From an uncultured archaeon (lineage in GTDB: Archaea; Asgardarchaeota; Lokiarchaeia; Sigyniarchaeales; SOKP01), in the NCBI GenBank assembly GCA_964388035.1, contig CAYLZE010000001.1, positions 31,225-95,224 of the forward strand: DNA of 64,000 nt. The letters are read 5' to 3'. Shown here piece after piece: positions 61,521 to 64,000 of the stretch (positions within the stretch are counted from its first letter, which is position 1; each line of letters opens with the position of its first letter). A program made the translations under genes and the position numbers. Under the pieces are notes generated by a model. It did no database searches and had not been told where the DNA came from. It was given only the letters and a program-made list of their open reading frames with translations.

Positions 61521-62972
61521 CTAATTCTCTTCAAAAAGTAAATCTAAGATATATTTCACGCGATCGGGATTTATTCCCCAGACACATAAAGCTCCTTGAT
61601 CCTCAAAATTAAACGTGGCACTCACTATTGCTTCTCCATTTATATCGACAGATTCTAATTTTGGGGTCTCTCCCACGATAGGAATCCATTCTTTTTTTAC
61701 TTTAAACGTGATTTTAAGAACATACATTTCTTGCCCGAACATGTTAACCGTATCCGCACGAGCTATAATCATGAATTGTCTCTTAATTCGATTGATATAG
61801 ATTTTCCCATTAACTAGATTAAACTCATACAGCTCTTTAACTTGTTCTTCTTTTGATTTAGTTTTTGTAAAAGGATGAAATTGGATGGCGCATATGCGAT
61901 AAAAATGCCGTTCAGTGCCGGGAGCCACAATACCCATCTCATAATCCCTTGCCATTGAATGATCTGGGATCATCTTCCAACCCTGATCAAACAATTTTTC
62001 TATTAAATTTCTAATTTTATCATTCTCTGCTAGAGCCTTGCCAATAAGATTTATGTCGGACTTTCCTAACAATTCACATTCTTTTTCTATGAACGTTTGG
62101 GTAAGCATCGTAGCATAAACTGAAGCGGTACTCGTATCTAAAATTCGAAGGGCTAATCCAAAACCTGTACCCACGTTATTAATAAATACATTGTCATCTA
62201 TTACAATTAACTGAGCTGCTAATACTCCCTTTTCAAAAATAAGAAGTACGGGAGATAATTCTTTCCATTTTCTAATTTCATCCTCTTGCTCTTCTTCTTC
62301 CATGCCCACGATTACTATTGGAAAATGATCTCTCCGATATTCCGATGAATTTCTAACTCCCTCTGTCATGGCCATTTCCAAAGTTTTAGTAATAGCGTTC
62401 AAGATGGGCTCCTGCAGTTCGGAAAATAGTTGCGCAGAAACATGCATCATGATTCGTTTCTCCGCTTGTTTTAAATGTTCGATAATTAATCTATATAATT
62501 CTGAAATGGTGGGAATGACAAAAGTGTTTGAAATTCTCCCCCCATAGAGTTGCTCGGAATTAAGAAGAGGTTCCACCTCACTTTTAATATATACATGTAG
62601 ATCTTTTATTTTTTTAACATTTTCTTCACGTTTCTTAATAATATTTTCAAGAGCTCTCGATGGATTGATCCCTCTATAAAGTGCTGGGCGCTTATTAGGA
62701 TTTGTCAGTTCAATCCAGCCCCCTTCTTGAAGACGATTTAAGATGGAATAAACGTGTGTTCTTTTTAAATCCGGTAATTTTTTAGAAATCTCACTTCCAG
62801 TTAATTCATTTTTGGATTTTAGAAGAATGAGGTATAATTCTAAATCATTGTCCTCCAAAATGCTAAGTTCATTGAATTTCTCTCTTATTTCTTTTTCCCA
62901 ACCTAAATTATCTTTTTGATACATGCCCGAAGTGTTGTCATTTGAAATATTATTAGAGTTCATTGTAAACAA
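61521..62972 (-). CDS. TrmB-family wHTH transcriptional regulator
   Basis: LTGSEI...KRTHVYSILNRLQEGGWI...RPALY; full-length paralog of 24967-26427. Confidence 0.82.
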   Translation of the reverse strand: MFTMNSNNISNDNTSGMYQKDNLGWEKEIREKFNELSILEDNDLELYLILLKSKNELTGSEISKKLPDLKRTHVYSILNRLQEGGWIELTNPNKRPALYRGINPSRALENIIKKREENVKKIKDLHVYIKSEVEPLLNSEQLYGGRISNTFVIPTISELYRLIIEHLKQAEKRIMMHVSAQLFSELQEPILNAITKTLEMAMTEGVRNSSEYRRDHFPIVIVGMEEEEQEDEIRKWKELSPVLLIFEKGVLAAQLIVIDDNVFINNVGTGFGLALRILDTSTASVYATMLTQTFIEKECELLGKSDINLIGKALAENDKIRNLIEKLFDQGWKMIPDHSMARDYEMGIVAPGTERHFYRICAIQFHPFTKTKSKEEQVKELYEFNLVNGKIYINRIKRQFMIIARADTVNMFGQEMYVLKITFKVKKEWIPIVGETPKLESVDINGEAIVSATFNFEDQGALCVWGINPDRVKYILDLLFEEN

Positions 62973-63055
62973 TCACTATATTAACTTATTTTTTTCATTT
63001 TATACTTTTGGATTATTATGTCTAATACTATTTTAATTAAAAAAAAAAATATATG

Positions 63056-64000
63056 CTATTTAGGGAGTTGGATGGAACTGGGTATAATACATGCGGAAGG
63101 TGAATTTCCAAATTGAGCTTCCAATTTACTTATCAGCGTTTCAAAAATCTTCTCGTGAACCAAAGTGTCTGGAAAAAAATGTTTAACATCTGCCTTTGTT
63201 ACATTAGGCGAAAATAAATACGTACTTCTCCTTCCAAATGTTTTCCAAAGAACATGTTCTCCATAATTTGTATAAATGGGGGCTCCCGTTTCTGCATTAA
63301 GAGAATGATATCCCCTTCCTTCTGTAGAGGCAGACATCATCACTACTGCCCCTTTAAATGCGATGAGCTTCGGCCTAAGCAGATACATGTTCAATGCTTT
63401 AATGCTCTGTGATAACTCTGTATCCTCTGGATAGGCATTAAAAAATCCAATGTCAAATTTTTTGCCTTCTGGTATCTCTGTCTCGTAAATAGTTCTTAAA
63501 AAGTCAATCGCACGCCTGTGAGCAGTCACAAAATTACCAGGAAAAATACCAGCACTCTCGCCATCCATCTTAGGTATGACATTTATGCTAAAATCTAAGC
63601 AAGCCTTAGTACATACTTCCTCAATGTCCCTTCGAAGATCTGTGATATACCCTAATCCTATTCCAATACCTCTTAAACTTGCCCGATGATTTGCTTCAAG
63701 CGTTTGCAATCCACATACGCCGGGTAAAACTATTTTTGCCCCTCCCCCGAATCCCGCAAGGGAATGAGGTATAACCCCACTAATAGCAATTTTTAATTCT
63801 GCATCTGAATACGTTTTATTAACCCATATTGGTGTACCTAATTGCGATTCCCCAACGTATTCCAAGTTCAAAAAGGGATGATGATTTTTTACATTTACCC
63901 GTTCCATGATCTCGAGTCCCACTTTCTTGATTAAATCTTCTCGCATCATGGGACGATGGGCTCCCAAGGCAACGATTACAGTAATGTCATCGTCGCTAAT
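63056..64000 (-). CDS. LarA (nickel-pincer lactate racemase/epimerase) family protein, 5' end outside window
   Basis: Frame open to window end: IVALGAHRPM, NHH, GTPIWVN, PHSLAGFGGGAKIVLPG, NH. Confidence 0.85.
   Translation of the reverse strand: MSDDDITVIVALGAHRPMMREDLIKKVGLEIMERVNVKNHHPFLNLEYVGESQLGTPIWVNKTYSDAELKIAISGVIPHSLAGFGGGAKIVLPGVCGLQTLEANHRASLRGIGIGLGYITDLRRDIEEVCTKACLDFSINVIPKMDGESAGIFPGNFVTAHRRAIDFLRTIYETEIPEGKKFDIGFFNAYPEDTELSQSIKALNMYLLRPKLIAFKGAVVMMSASTEGRGYHSLNAETGAPIYTNYGEHVLWKTFGRRSTYLFSPNVTKADVKHFFPDTLVHEKIFETLISKLEAQFGNSPSACIIPSSIQLPK

Overview
AT-rich archaeal chromosomal window. Longin-like proteins, a Rab-like small GTPase with a GGKxD G4 box, expanded glycoside-pentoside-hexuronide (GPH) MFS transporters and TrmB-type regulators point to an Asgard archaeon (Lokiarchaeia-like); this placement is inference. 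Most genes encode heterotrophic scavenging: peptidases (C45, S41, two M28, CPBP), sulfatase, GH38, D-aminoacylase, esterases, four GPH transporters, AOR and a 2-oxoacid:ferredoxin oxidoreductase operon. I saw no rRNA, tRNA, CRISPR array or intact mobile element. Main observations: (1) porB (8016-9134) is circularly permuted and is interrupted inside its conserved DNEAxMNTG|xQxS motif by an exactly 30-nt, stop-containing hairpin with bulge-helix-loop geometry, a candidate archaeal mRNA intron. (2) A 20-bp palindrome TTTGTCAT-N4-ATGACAAA occurs in seven promoters, plus one degenerate copy, defining a probable regulon with two paralogous TrmB proteins as candidate regulators. (3) Two 7TM-longin fusion genes lie in tandem upstream of the Rab-like GTPase. 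(4) An NRPS-like A-T-TE gene with a Ser-less thioesterase sits beside an Sfp-type PPTase. (5) The AOR gene lacks a canonical in-frame start codon.
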